Part shown: one piece after another, positions 9,650-20,870 of the stretch | How the letters are laid out: each line of letters begins with the position of its first letter | Position numbering within the stretch: the first letter of the stretch is position 1 | IMG/VR virus record: IMGVR_UViG_2915168811_000001 | Length of the DNA stretch: 64,000 bases | Origin: a virus | Direction: 5' to 3' (one strand) | Made by a program: the position numbers and the translations under genes | Notes under the pieces: model-generated | Database searches by the model: none | What the model was told of the DNA's origin: nothing | Seen by the model: only the letters and a program-made list of their open reading frames with translations

Positions 9650-11137
9650 TTGGTGGAAACTGTGGGTCGAAGTGGCGTGTTTGGGTTCATCGGGGCGGCG
9701 CTGGTCGCCGGGCTGATCTGGATGCTGTTCCCGGTGATGGTGCATGAAATCTGGCAGGGCGTCCGGGCCTCCTGGGTAGTGCTGCTTGTCGCGGTCGTGC
9801 TCATCGTTCTGGCGGTAGTTTTCGCTGCGATGGAGATCTCCTTCCTCGCTTTCCTGGCTGGGGTCGGTGCGGTTGGCTGGCTGATCTTCGGGGGCATGGG
9901 CATCCATTTCCAGCAGATGCAGGCGGTCGCGGCGTCAGTCACAGTCGTGGACGGTGACCCGAACGATCTGTCGTTCCGTGAGCGCGCACCGTACGACGTC
10001 GCGAAAGCCACCTCGAGCCGCACCCTCGGCAATACGACCGGTGACGCCACCGGGATCGTGCGCGCGTTGCCGGCGCGCGGCGACACCGGAGAATACACGA
10101 CAAGTGTGGTGCGCCGCGGCCTGTTCCAGGGTTACGAGTCCACGCAGGTGCTCACTCCCCCGCTGTTCGGTTCAGCGTCCGCCGCGGACGTGAGGTTCTG
10201 CAAGTTCGATGAGCGTGCCACGCTGCGCTTCGGCGGGCTCGGCTGGGGTAACGACCTGAAGCGAGCGATCGCGTTCATCACCCCGCTGGGCACCCGCGCC
10301 GATCAAGGGGACGCGTTCGTGACCTGCGACGGCGATACGCCGATGGTGTACGCCCCGCTGACGAAGCAGGTGGGTGCGATCACGCACCGCGTGCCGGCTG
10401 GCGTCGCTGTCTACAACGGGTCCACCGGGAAGCTGAGCTACTACGACAATTTGAGCGATGACCTGCCACTGTACCCGCAGTCCATCGCCACCGCGCAGCG
10501 GGAATCTTCGACCGCCTCCGAAGGGTTCTGGGACTGGATGTTCAAACGGTCCGGGTTTGAGGACACCGGGAAGGATACCTCTGACCCGAACGGCTCCAAC
10601 CGGGCTGAGTTCGGGCTCGCGAACGACGGCGGCATCAACGAGCGTGGCTGGCAGTCCTATGTCACCCCGCTGAACTCGCGCGGCTCCTCATCGTCACTGG
10701 TTGGCCTCGGCACCGTGAACGCTTCCCACGTCGAAAATGGGGTCCTGAACCCGTACTCCGTGCACCTGTACCCGGAGGGGAAGTCGCGCCAGGCGAACTC
10801 CGCCGTGGCGGACGCCATCACCGGCGGGATCCTCGACGGCTACAAAGCGTCTGGCTTGAAGGTCTTTGAAATCGTGCCAGCGAAGGACTGCACCTGGGTG
10901 GCATCCATCGGAAAAGCGCAGTCGATTCTCTACCGCGCTTCGATCGCTCCTAACGGCGACATCACCCTGATCGACGGAAGCAGCCCGGACGAGCAGCCCA
11001 ATGTCGAGCCGAACGGCGAACAGCCCGCCGGGTCTGTGGACCTCGAGAAGCCGCTCGACAGTATGACCGTCGCGGAGCTGAATGACTTCGGCGACGCAGT
11101 GCTGGCCGAGCTCGCCGCCCGGGCGGCGCAGAAGTAG
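9650..11137 (+). CDS. Membrane protein, 3 N-terminal TM segments plus large extracytoplasmic domain
   Basis: 495-aa ORF with hydrophobic N-terminus. Confidence 0.8.
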   Translation: MVETVGRSGVFGFIGAALVAGLIWMLFPVMVHEIWQGVRASWVVLLVAVVLIVLAVVFAAMEISFLAFLAGVGAVGWLIFGGMGIHFQQMQAVAASVTVVDGDPNDLSFRERAPYDVAKATSSRTLGNTTGDATGIVRALPARGDTGEYTTSVVRRGLFQGYESTQVLTPPLFGSASAADVRFCKFDERATLRFGGLGWGNDLKRAIAFITPLGTRADQGDAFVTCDGDTPMVYAPLTKQVGAITHRVPAGVAVYNGSTGKLSYYDNLSDDLPLYPQSIATAQRESSTASEGFWDWMFKRSGFEDTGKDTSDPNGSNRAEFGLANDGGINERGWQSYVTPLNSRGSSSSLVGLGTVNASHVENGVLNPYSVHLYPEGKSRQANSAVADAITGGILDGYKASGLKVFEIVPAKDCTWVASIGKAQSILYRASIAPNGDITLIDGSSPDEQPNVEPNGEQPAGSVDLEKPLDSMTVAELNDFGDAVLAELAARAAQK

Positions 11138-11206
11138 GGCGACCGCGCATCACTGTCCATGAACGCGCGGGCCCCCTGCCCGCAAACCCTGTGAAACGGA
11201 GTCCCG

Positions 11207-11803
11207 ATGACCGAGAAGGTCGCATACCGCACAACTGACCCGAAGGCGATCGCCTGGGTGACTCAGTCGATCGCCGCCCGCACAGCTGCGCGCGCTCGAA
11301 CCACTGAGTTCCTGAATGAGGCGCGGGACTTGATCCCGCCGACCGCTGACGGTTCCGTCCGCGAGACCGTCTCGTTCTTCGACCGCCGCGGCGAAATCAC
11401 AATCTTCGGCATCGCATCCGGTCCCGGTGAGGATGAGAAGCCGCCGGCCGGCACCCGCTACGACCGCGGCACGCTGATCCCTGATCTACGCACGAAGGTC
11501 GGCAAGGCGTACGCCGCGGTGATTGACAAGTTCGGACCCGAGGGCAACTACCTCGACGGCAGTCGAGCGGTGGGCATTGAGCAGTCAATCCTCGCAGGCA
11601 ACTACCTCGTGAACGTCAACTTCTTCATAGACCCGGAGTCCGGCGCAGCGATCCAGTCTGCTGATGATCTTCACGCCAGAGTTGGACAGAGCATGGAGTC
11701 CGCCATTGCGAAGTCCGAGCTGGTCTGGACGCAGATGAAGCGCTCGGAGTTCTACGCCGCGGTCGAACGCCACGATGACGCTGCGAAGGCTGGTGCGAAG
11801 TAA
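11207..11803 (+). CDS. Hypothetical protein (paralog of 8991 gene)
   Basis: MTEKVAYRTTDP vs MTEQIAHKTTDP; PPxGTR and TKxGKAYAA shared. Confidence 0.75.
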   Translation: MTEKVAYRTTDPKAIAWVTQSIAARTAARARTTEFLNEARDLIPPTADGSVRETVSFFDRRGEITIFGIASGPGEDEKPPAGTRYDRGTLIPDLRTKVGKAYAAVIDKFGPEGNYLDGSRAVGIEQSILAGNYLVNVNFFIDPESGAAIQSADDLHARVGQSMESAIAKSELVWTQMKRSEFYAAVERHDDAAKAGAK

Positions 11804-12249
11804 TGAGGACAGCAGACCTGCCGGTCGCTCTCGCGAGCACTGCCGGACCACGGGACGCTGTGATTGAGCTCGCCCTGCTGTCGACTCTCCGCGAGGTGCA
11901 GACTCACGCCGCTGAGGTTGAGTCGCGTGACGGCATACCGGCCGCTCTCGTTACCGTCCGGATGATGCGTGAGCTCTACAGCGCGACCCGCAGCCTAGTG
12001 GAAGTTTCCGTCGGTGAGGCGCTCAGTGCCTCTGCGTCGCGCGCAAAGATCGCGCTCGCGCTCCAGGTTTCCTCGCCATCAAACGTCAACGTCTCCCACC
12101 CGACAGCGCCAGACGTCGCCCGTGCTCGAGAGGCGTTGTCGAAGCCTGGCGCGGCCCCGCAAACTGTCACCGTCCGTGGCCATAACGTCACGCTGTCGCC
12201 CGGCGGCGGCGTTGCAGCGATCACTCCTTCCCAAAAGGACTTCCGATGA
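11803..12249 (+). CDS. Hypothetical protein, possible HTH
   Basis: TAATG-coupled ORF. Confidence 0.6.
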   Translation: MRTADLPVALASTAGPRDAVIELALLSTLREVQTHAAEVESRDGIPAALVTVRMMRELYSATRSLVEVSVGEALSASASRAKIALALQVSSPSNVNVSHPTAPDVARAREALSKPGAAPQTVTVRGHNVTLSPGGGVAAITPSQKDFR

Positions 12250-13409
12250 ACGAGAAAGAGCTTCGTCACGCGCTCGATGAGACGGCGGATCGCCGCCGCA
12301 CTGCCACGGAATCCCTGGCTGATCAAGCGAGCACCGACTTTGAGATAGAAGGTGAGCAGGCGCAGCGGGAGCACGGCATCCCGTCAGGTCTGCACGAGAT
12401 CCGACACATCAGCGATTACCAGAACTCCGTCCAGGAGCTGCTCGAAGTCGCCGTGACCGCGGAGCTCGAAGCCGGAACGGACAAAGAGCTTGTCGCGGCC
12501 GCGCTCGATATGGAACTCGACTCTGAAGAGTTGACTGAAACGGCCGGCTTTACCGATCAGTCCCGCCCGGACCCTTCGGACCGAGCCCTCATCGCGGCCT
12601 TCGCCGTGCCTCTCATGCTGTCTATCCTCTGGCTTTTCATCGCGCCGACTTTCGTCTGGTATCCGGAATGGTTTGGACTCGAAGTCAGCGAGGATGCAGC
12701 AACTTTCACTGCCGCGACGGGGTCGTTTCTGCTGCTCGGATCCACCATTATTTTTCGGACCCTGGCGTCAACGTTTGCGCCGCGTAGTGTCGCTGCGCGC
12801 CGGGTCAGAACCGCCTTCACCTGGCTCATGGCCGCATCCATCCTGCTTATCCCCTGGCATGTCGCCCTCCCTGGAGCGGTCGCAGATGCACACTCGGCGC
12901 CCGAACAGGTCAGCGAAGGTTGTGCCTCCGACTCCAGCAATATGTTTTGGTGGTGTGCTGAGCCCGCTGAGGACGAAGTGGGAGCGGGCACCTGGTTTGA
13001 AATCAGTGACCAGACGATCGCCGTGACCGAGCAGTTCCGAAGCGGTACGCCAGCGCCGGACCTCTGCGACAACGCCCTCTGGGTACCCAGTGACGATGGA
13101 CTCGCCGCTGCATGTGTTGTCGGCGACCAGATAATCGTTGGGTCGATCCACCGTGCCACGGAAACAGAACTGGCAGATACCGCCCTTCGCTCGTTCGAGA
13201 CCGCCTGGGCAGGCTCATTCAAGGGGCCGTTCACGATCAAGCCTGACGCCGCCACGTACCTGCGATCGAGGGTTTTCCAGTTCGACGAACCACTCACGCC
13301 ATTGGACTTTGAACTGGCGACCGTACCGAATGAAACGACCGAACTCGAACGAAGCCAAAGCGCAGGTTCAGACCACGGTGGAGTCAGTCGTGACGCGTCC
13401 AGGGCTTAA
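12246..13409 (+). CDS. Membrane protein
   Basis: ATGA overlap; three central TM segments. Confidence 0.7.
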   Translation: MNEKELRHALDETADRRRTATESLADQASTDFEIEGEQAQREHGIPSGLHEIRHISDYQNSVQELLEVAVTAELEAGTDKELVAAALDMELDSEELTETAGFTDQSRPDPSDRALIAAFAVPLMLSILWLFIAPTFVWYPEWFGLEVSEDAATFTAATGSFLLLGSTIIFRTLASTFAPRSVAARRVRTAFTWLMAASILLIPWHVALPGAVADAHSAPEQVSEGCASDSSNMFWWCAEPAEDEVGAGTWFEISDQTIAVTEQFRSGTPAPDLCDNALWVPSDDGLAAACVVGDQIIVGSIHRATETELADTALRSFETAWAGSFKGPFTIKPDAATYLRSRVFQFDEPLTPLDFELATVPNETTELERSQSAGSDHGGVSRDASRA

Positions 13410-14462
<1,053 letters not shown>

Positions 14463-14592
14463 CGCCGGGACTTTGTTTGACTGGTTTCGCCGGCGCCGCG
14501 CATCACTGGAGTGAGGGCCGGATCCGCCGGCCGGGAATCGGAGCCATCATGTCGACAGCAGATCTCGGAATGCCACGAGCTGGAGCCGGATC

Positions 14593-14883
14593 GTGAGCGA
14601 CTTCGCCGAGAACGCGATCGTGGTCACGGTTTGGGACTGTTTCGAAGACGCCCCGGGGTATTACAGGGGGGAGGAGGGCGTCGTCAGCGGCGCACAGCTC
14701 GACAGCAAAGACGGGGTTGTCCCCGCCGAGGTTCGGAAGCTCGACGATCAAGTTGACAGTCTGCGTCCCGCCACGATCGATGAGCAGATCCAATTCCTCG
14801 CCAGTGAGATCTTCGCCCGCGACGCGATCATCGAAACACTCGCGCGTCGCATCGAAAATCTTCCGAATGACGGCCAGGTATGA
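14593..14883 (+). CDS. Hypothetical protein
   Basis: GTG start overlaps the stop of the mini-ORF 14549-14596. Confidence 0.6.
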   Translation: MSDFAENAIVVTVWDCFEDAPGYYRGEEGVVSGAQLDSKDGVVPAEVRKLDDQVDSLRPATIDEQIQFLASEIFARDAIIETLARRIENLPNDGQV

Positions 14884-15659
14884 GTAGGATCCTTCTCGCC
14901 CTGCTGCTGTTCGTCCTCGCCGGCACTATCGCGCACTGGTGGACGCCCGCAGCTGAGATCCTCACTGCTCTCCGGGCGCAACCGCAGGTGTCGGCATTCC
15001 TGCTCCTGGTCTTCTTCGCCTTCATCGCTTTCGTAAGCGGGGTGTACCGAATGATGAGGTCTCATCGGCGCCGGGGTCTAGCTCTCATCGATCGATCGGG
15101 GATCGGCGCCACCGGCATTGCTACCGCCGCACCGCGACTCGAAGACGCCGAGCTTGCGATCGTGACCGAGCATGAGGCGAGGCATGCAGTCGTCGCCCAT
15201 CACTTCGGGCACACGGTGACCAGGTTGTCCGCGGTCCCCTACGGCAGGGAAGGTGGCAACGTCCAATATGACTATGTCAGCGATGATCTGTCCGGCGTGG
15301 ATCAACGCTGGTCCATCGCCGTGACCTCGCTTGCCGGCGCGGCCGCGTGCCCGCCGTTCCAGCAGGACGACGACCAGAAGGCGCTGTCGATGTTCGTGCA
15401 AATTCTCGCTTCCGGGCAGCGCCCCACCATGTACGACGGTGCCATGGATCTGAGCTCGATGATCTCCGCTGGACTTACGCTCGCGGACAGCATCGTGGAG
15501 CTCGAGCGCCCCGCGGCTGAAGCCCTCGCCGCGGCGCTTGCTGAAAAACGGATCCTGGGCCGGGAGGAAATCGCCGCGGTCTTCGCCGAGAATGCCTCAC
15601 CTAGCCGAATTTCACGCTGCTTCTCCGCAGTAGGGCCCCCAGAGCGATCTCCCGCCTGA
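14880..15659 (+). CDS. Membrane-anchored M41/FtsH-like zinc metallopeptidase domain
   Basis: Two N-terminal TM segments; HEARHAVV...GG...LAGAAA. Confidence 0.7.
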   Translation: MSRILLALLLFVLAGTIAHWWTPAAEILTALRAQPQVSAFLLLVFFAFIAFVSGVYRMMRSHRRRGLALIDRSGIGATGIATAAPRLEDAELAIVTEHEARHAVVAHHFGHTVTRLSAVPYGREGGNVQYDYVSDDLSGVDQRWSIAVTSLAGAAACPPFQQDDDQKALSMFVQILASGQRPTMYDGAMDLSSMISAGLTLADSIVELERPAAEALAAALAEKRILGREEIAAVFAENASPSRISRCFSAVGPPERSPA

Positions 15660-15702
15660 CCCCACTGAGCTGTGAGGGACCGGGTGGGAGATCGCTCTGG
15701 GG
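15637..15702. terminator. Long inverted repeat between convergent genes
   Basis: CCCCAGAGCGATCTCCC ... GGGAGATCGCTCTGGGG. Confidence 0.7.
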
Positions 15703-15720
15703 CGCTCGAGGATTCTTCGG

Positions 15721-16254
15721 CTACGGCATCCGGAAGCGGCCGAGGAAATCGTCAATCTCGAACTGGGTGGTCTGAGACATCCCCTCAACAATGGCGTTGA
15801 CGAGCCAGTCCGGTGTGCCGCTCGCGATGATCTTGCGGACAGCTACAGTGTGCGGGTCCCCGCCGGGGATCTCGACCCTGTCGACGTGACAGTAGCTCCT
15901 GTCGCCGGCGAACTTGATTGCCGCCCTGTCGAACGCTTCGATTCCGCCTGCCCCACTGTCGATCACTATCCCGGTTCGTCCGTCATGCAGATCCCAGCTG
16001 TCCCCGTCTAACTGCCCGCCTCCGACCAGGACATACCCTTCGGATTCGAGTCGGTCGTACTCAAGCGTCAGGAGCCGATCGTATTCGTCCTCAGCGGCTG
16101 TTAGCTTTTCTACGATGTCCTGCAAAGAACCTGGCTGGTGATTGACGGTGTGCGGGGCGCCGCCCTTCAACGCGTTCATCGCCTGAGTGTAGGTTTCTCC
16201 GGTGGTAGACATGCGTTCACGAATTGCGCGGGTCAGTGCACGGTTGTTACTCAT
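15721..16254 (-). CDS. Hypothetical protein
   Basis: MSNNRALTRAIRERMSTTGETYTQA N-terminus; AGGAAG upstream. Confidence 0.7.
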   Translation of the reverse strand: MSNNRALTRAIRERMSTTGETYTQAMNALKGGAPHTVNHQPGSLQDIVEKLTAAEDEYDRLLTLEYDRLESEGYVLVGGGQLDGDSWDLHDGRTGIVIDSGAGGIEAFDRAAIKFAGDRSYCHVDRVEIPGGDPHTVAVRKIIASGTPDWLVNAIVEGMSQTTQFEIDDFLGRFRMP

Positions 16255-16417
16255 TTTCGTTCTGCTTCCTGGGACCACCCACGCTGCTCCCGAACAGGGA
16301 TGAGTTGCAGAGTCACGGGGCGTCGGAGACAGCTTGTCCTGATGAGCTTGATGGCGACGTGGGCGCTGGGAGCTCGGAACCAGGCGGACGTGACCGCCTG
16401 AAGCAAATAGTACTCCG

Positions 16418-17130
16418 CCTCGCATCACTTTGGCGAAGGCTGGATCCGCTGGCCGGGAACTGGAGCCGTCATGAGTGAGCGGTGACACATGCACGTGATC
16501 GAGCCTTCCCACCCCCGTATTCTCGAGTGACGTCACTGAAAGAGAGCACCGCATGAAGACTTTGACCCTCCTTACGAAGATCACAGGTGCTGTAACGGTG
16601 GCGTCAATCCTCATCCCACTGCTGTTCTTGTCTTCCGACGGCTATGCCGGCCTGGTGGCCGTTGTACTGTGCTGGGTGTTCATCGCCCCGGCGATGACGG
16701 TCTTGACGCTGCTGCTGGGTCTGTCCAGGTCGGTGGTTTTCGCACTCGCTCCGACGACATCGCAGCGCGCACGGATGCAGAGGTTGAGAGCCTGGGCTGT
16801 GCTGCAGGTCGTTTCGCTTGGCCTGGTCGTCGTCGCCGGTTTCAAACCGTTCGAGGAGGTCGTTGTCAACAGGGTGTTATTCGGTGGGTCAATCCTGATT
16901 TTCATTGCTTCGTGCAGTGCAATCATCCTGATCGCGCAACGAGTCGCTACCGCCCGAAGGACTCTGACAGCTGACCCTATTGATAGGCAAATTCAGATGT
17001 GAATTCTGGCGCAATTACGCGTTGAGGGTCGCAGTAGCAGCGACCCCCTGGTCGGACTCGTATTGACCGCGCATCACTATGGCGAAGGTCGGATCTGCTG
17101 GCCGGGAACTGGAGCCGTCATGAGTGAGCG
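16418..17130 (+). repeat. ~64-bp direct repeat (element plus first codons) flanking one gene
   Basis: 16418-16481 vs 17067-17130: CGCATCACT(T/A)TGGCGAAGG..GGATC.GCTGGCCGGGAACTGGAGCCGTCATGAGTGAGCG. Confidence 0.9.
16553..17002 (+). CDS. 4-TM membrane protein
   Basis: Four hydrophobic segments; appears lower in GC than neighbours. Confidence 0.75.
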   Translation: MKTLTLLTKITGAVTVASILIPLLFLSSDGYAGLVAVVLCWVFIAPAMTVLTLLLGLSRSVVFALAPTTSQRARMQRLRAWAVLQVVSLGLVVVAGFKPFEEVVVNRVLFGGSILIFIASCSAIILIAQRVATARRTLTADPIDRQIQM

Positions 17131-18547
17131 CACGTCTGCGATTGAAAGCGAGATGGAGCTGCTGGCTTTGACCGGTGCTCTGCATGCAGGTGGCGCATTT
17201 GACGCGAGCCAGGTGGCAGAGCTGCTGCGCGGGCAGCCGGACCTGCTGGCGCAGTTCGAGCGGGCGTATGAACGTTCGTCGGACGGTTACAGCGTCATCG
17301 GTCCTGCGTTCGCCGATGTTCGCCAGCCACCGACTGACGGCCAGATCGCCGCTGAGGATCTGATCGACGGAATCGTGGGTGACCTTGCTACGCAGACACC
17401 CATCTGGAGCACCGCAGCACCGCAGCGCCCGGCTTTGTCCCGCGCTGGGTCGGATCAGGGCAGCATGGCCAGGCGCACGGCGTCGGCGATGAGTCTGGAC
17501 AGTTCGGTGCGCCCGATGGCCACGGGCGACGCCCTCACCCGGGACATGCCGGAGGGCGGCGCCGCAATGCGGCTGCAGGCGCTCGCGCAGTCCCAGTCCA
17601 TCGAGGGGACGGATGATTCACGGCAGCAGGCCTACCACCGGTTCCGTCAGGGGCTCGACATCCTTGATCTGGATGACCTCACCCATCAGATGATCGCTCA
17701 GAACCCGGACTCGATGGGTTTCTGGCTGCCGAAGCTGATGGCAGCGAACGCAGGCCGTGATCTGCTGCGCATCCCGGAGACGACGATCGTCACCGTACCT
17801 CTTCCGCTGCTGCAGCTCACACGCCTCGAATACGGCAGCATCAACGGCACCACTCACGAGATCGTGAACCGCTGGGCGAAGGAGGTGTTCGGGCTCCGCG
17901 ATGACGGCGACTACTTCATCAAGACCGGCACTTTCTCATCGAAGTTCGATTTCCGTAACGCCCGCGTGCGGGGTGGCGAGGTCGCCGAGCTGGGCGACTA
18001 CCTGCTGTACGTGCACCAGTTGGCGCTGTCCATGGCGAGCCCGCTCAACACCCCTAGTGTGTACGGCGCCGGCACGACGGTGGAATGGGCGGTGCGCGAG
18101 TTCATCGAAGCTGAACCGGGCACCCCGACGATCTATCACGGCCTCCCGCTGCGCTGCGAGTTCCGAGTGTTCGTGGACTGCGACCGTGACAGGGTCCTCT
18201 CCGTCGTCCCGTACTGGGAGCCGCGCACGATGAAGCGGAGGTTCTCTGAAATGTCGGACCGCGATGACCCGAACAACCGCCATGACCTGGTCACGTTCCT
18301 GATGGCGGAACCGGAGCTCGCCCGCCAGGTGAAACAGCTCAAGCGGCGGGTGTCCGACGCGGTCGCTGACCTGCTCCCGTCACTGGATCTGCCCGGCCAA
18401 TGGTCGCTCGACGTCATGGTGAACGGTGACGATCTCTGGGCGATCGACATGGCTCAGGCGCACACCAGCGCGTTCTACGAGTCGGTTCCGAAGCGGCAGA
18501 GGCAGCCCCTGCCCGTTGAGCGGTGGCTCCCCCAGCTAGAAGGGTAA
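17120..18547 (+). CDS. ATP-grasp protein (R2K/Cdc123-like clade)
   Basis: FIKTGTFSSK, VREFI, EFRVFVD, WSLDVM, WAIDMA. Confidence 0.7.
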   Translation: MSERTSAIESEMELLALTGALHAGGAFDASQVAELLRGQPDLLAQFERAYERSSDGYSVIGPAFADVRQPPTDGQIAAEDLIDGIVGDLATQTPIWSTAAPQRPALSRAGSDQGSMARRTASAMSLDSSVRPMATGDALTRDMPEGGAAMRLQALAQSQSIEGTDDSRQQAYHRFRQGLDILDLDDLTHQMIAQNPDSMGFWLPKLMAANAGRDLLRIPETTIVTVPLPLLQLTRLEYGSINGTTHEIVNRWAKEVFGLRDDGDYFIKTGTFSSKFDFRNARVRGGEVAELGDYLLYVHQLALSMASPLNTPSVYGAGTTVEWAVREFIEAEPGTPTIYHGLPLRCEFRVFVDCDRDRVLSVVPYWEPRTMKRRFSEMSDRDDPNNRHDLVTFLMAEPELARQVKQLKRRVSDAVADLLPSLDLPGQWSLDVMVNGDDLWAIDMAQAHTSAFYESVPKRQRQPLPVERWLPQLEG

Positions 18548-18644
18548 ACAGGCAGAGGTAGTCCCGCCTGGCCTTACATCCGCAGAGCGCCGCGCATCAC
18601 TGTAGTGAGGCCGCGCTGGGCGGCCGTGAATGCAGGAGGACCAC

Positions 18645-18842
18645 ATGACCACGAACGCCCCCGAATCCCGTTGGCAGATTGTCCAGCTGCCGGAGTCCTC
18701 GAAGCACACCGAGGAGATCATGGTGGAGTTCACCGCGACCGAGGAGGCTGCGATTGACATCGCCAGCTGCTTCACCGGCGACGATGAGCGGCTCGCTTGC
18801 CGCGTTTACGCGGCGCGCAAGGTGGAGGTGCCAGTCGTATGA
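18645..18842 (+). CDS. Small hypothetical protein
   Basis: AGGAGG RBS of element copy 18590. Confidence 0.65.
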   Translation: MTTNAPESRWQIVQLPESSKHTEEIMVEFTATEEAAIDIASCFTGDDERLACRVYAARKVEVPVV

Positions 18843-19501
18843 GCGAGAAGACCGCAACGCTGATCGCGAAGCTGCAACGCGCGCACCGCATGTCGTGCAG
18901 CGACCCGGACGACCCGGAGCGCAGCACCCTGTACTCCGAATCCCGTGACACCATCCTGGATCTGTTGGAGCAGCTGGGTGATGCCAGCACCCCCGCGCAG
19001 CTGCTCGTCACTGACGACGTCATCGACCGGCTGCAGGCGCGGGCGGTAAGGGAAGGTCAGGATCCGATCACTGACGCGCAGCTTCGCCAGGCCTCAGAGA
19101 TCGTCGTTGAGGCGGTCCTCGCCTCGAGCCGAGCTGCCCACGCGCCGCAGCGGCTGAGCGGGTTCGATGCAAGCTCAGTAGGTGTCGCTACACAGTCGCC
19201 AATCGAGGTCATTTACTGCCCGACTCATGGTGACCTGCTCACCGCACCTCGGAGTACTAGATGCTCGAGCGCTCCCGCTGGGCACGAGCTCCCGCTCCAG
19301 CTGCGGCCGTTGAGTGCTGTAGACGAAGGGAAGCTCGCTGAGGTGATCAAAGCCCATTGGGTTGATTGCAACAGCGGCATAGGGACAGTCTGCCGATGCG
19401 GGGAGAGATTCCCCTTCACTCCCGACCTAGTGGAGCACCAGGCCAAGAAGGTTGCTGAGTGCTTGCGAGATCTGATGCCTCAGGCTGAGCGCAGTGAGTA
19501 G
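18839..19501 (+). CDS. Phage-type mosaic hypothetical protein
   Basis: ATGA overlap; SAVDEGKL module. Confidence 0.65.
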   Translation: MSEKTATLIAKLQRAHRMSCSDPDDPERSTLYSESRDTILDLLEQLGDASTPAQLLVTDDVIDRLQARAVREGQDPITDAQLRQASEIVVEAVLASSRAAHAPQRLSGFDASSVGVATQSPIEVIYCPTHGDLLTAPRSTRCSSAPAGHELPLQLRPLSAVDEGKLAEVIKAHWVDCNSGIGTVCRCGERFPFTPDLVEHQAKKVAECLRDLMPQAERSE

Positions 19502-20108
19502 CTTCACAGAGCGTGACCTTCTGAACCGTCTCGGCGTCCGTTACTCGAACATCCGACGCGGCACTCTCGCGGACCGTTGGGTGCGCGCGGAGCATGTGCG
19601 CCGGCGGCTCGGTCACGCCTCGATGAACTACGTCGCCGATTTCATCGCCCTCGATAAGTACCCCGGGATCCCGTACGGAACGGCGCTCGCGATGCACTGG
19701 TTCGAGGTGAAAGTGAGCCGGTCTGACTGGCTTGCGGAGTTGCGGCAGCCGGAGAAATCCGAGGCATTCACCCGGTTCGCGAACCACGCATGGCTGGTTG
19801 TGTCCGATGCGTCGATCGTGAAGCCCGGCGAACTGCCGGACGGCTGGGGGCTCCTGGTCGCCGCCGGCGCCGGCCTGCGCGCAAAAGTGGCGGCACCCCG
19901 AGTGGACGCTGAGCCCGTCCCGTTCGATCTGACGATCAGCATCGCGGCGGCCGCGCAACGCACCGGCGCCCGCGAGCTCGCGCACCGGGACGCCGCCACC
20001 GCGCACATTGACTACGGGGTCAAAAAATGCTCCGCTTGCGGGAAGTCGGCCCCATGCCGGTGGCATCAGCCGCGAGCGTTTGGCGGGCACCGCGCATCAC
20101 TGGAGTGA
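19494..20108 (+). CDS. MmcB-like PD-(D/E)xK endonuclease
   Basis: ADFIALD...FEVKVSRSDWLAEL...ELPDGWGL. Confidence 0.7.
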   Translation: MSSFTERDLLNRLGVRYSNIRRGTLADRWVRAEHVRRRLGHASMNYVADFIALDKYPGIPYGTALAMHWFEVKVSRSDWLAELRQPEKSEAFTRFANHAWLVVSDASIVKPGELPDGWGLLVAAGAGLRAKVAAPRVDAEPVPFDLTISIAAAAQRTGARELAHRDAATAHIDYGVKKCSACGKSAPCRWHQPRAFGGHRASLE

Positions 20109-20142
20109 GGCCGCAGATCGCGGCCAGGATCTGGAGTCCTTC

Positions 20143-20514
20143 ATGACCGCCACGCTCACTCCTCCCGCAGTCGTCCAGCTTGCCGACGGTGACCGGCTGT
20201 CGATCGAACTGCCTCGCTTCCGCGGCGGCGTGATTGCTCACGACTTCACTGTGGTGACGACAGAGGGCCTCGCCCGCAGGCGCGGCGACGATCCTTCAGT
20301 CTGGGTTGAGCGCGCGCGGCACCTCGGCCACGAGCTGCACGGAGCGTTCAACGAGGGCGTCACCATCACCGCCCACCAGCAAGAGGTCGTGGCGCGCACC
20401 GAAGTCGCTCTCGGCCAGACGGTCGAGCTCGAAGGCGTCACCTACACGATCGCCGCGGCGCCGAACCACAACATCCAGTTTGTGCCGGTCGTCGACACCG
20501 AAGAGGAGGTGTGA
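20143..20514 (+). CDS. Hypothetical protein
   Basis: After element copy 20090. Confidence 0.7.
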   Translation: MTATLTPPAVVQLADGDRLSIELPRFRGGVIAHDFTVVTTEGLARRRGDDPSVWVERARHLGHELHGAFNEGVTITAHQQEVVARTEVALGQTVELEGVTYTIAAAPNHNIQFVPVVDTEEEV

Positions 20515-20870
20515 CCGTGGAAACGACTAGATCAACCCCGAAAGCCCGCGTACGCCATTGGTGCGAGGTTTGCGGTTGGGCTATCGAGCCAGGCGAAACG
20601 TATGCGCGCGTGGTGAGGTTCTACGACGGCACGGCGAGCACGTGGAAGAACCATGTCAGCCCATGCCAAACGGCTATAAATCGTGCATGGGCCGCCGAAT
20701 ATCACGACGGCGATGACGGCGTAAGTGACGACGACATCTCTGAGTGGGCGAGCGGGAATCGCGACACCGACGAGGTCGCGGCAGAAATTCACCGTCGCCT
20801 CGAAATCAACGCCGAGAATTCGCGGGCGCACCGAGAAGCACTTGCCAGGATCGAAGGGCAACGCCAGTGA
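20511..20870 (+). CDS. Phage-type Zn-binding hypothetical protein
   Basis: KARVRHWCEVCGWAIEPGETY. Confidence 0.7.
   Translation: MTVETTRSTPKARVRHWCEVCGWAIEPGETYARVVRFYDGTASTWKNHVSPCQTAINRAWAAEYHDGDDGVSDDDISEWASGNRDTDEVAAEIHRRLEINAENSRAHREALARIEGQRQ

Noticed and set aside
16339-16385. Hammerhead ribozyme (CTGATGAG core)
   Set aside because: No GAAA directly after a stem II and no convincing stems I/III
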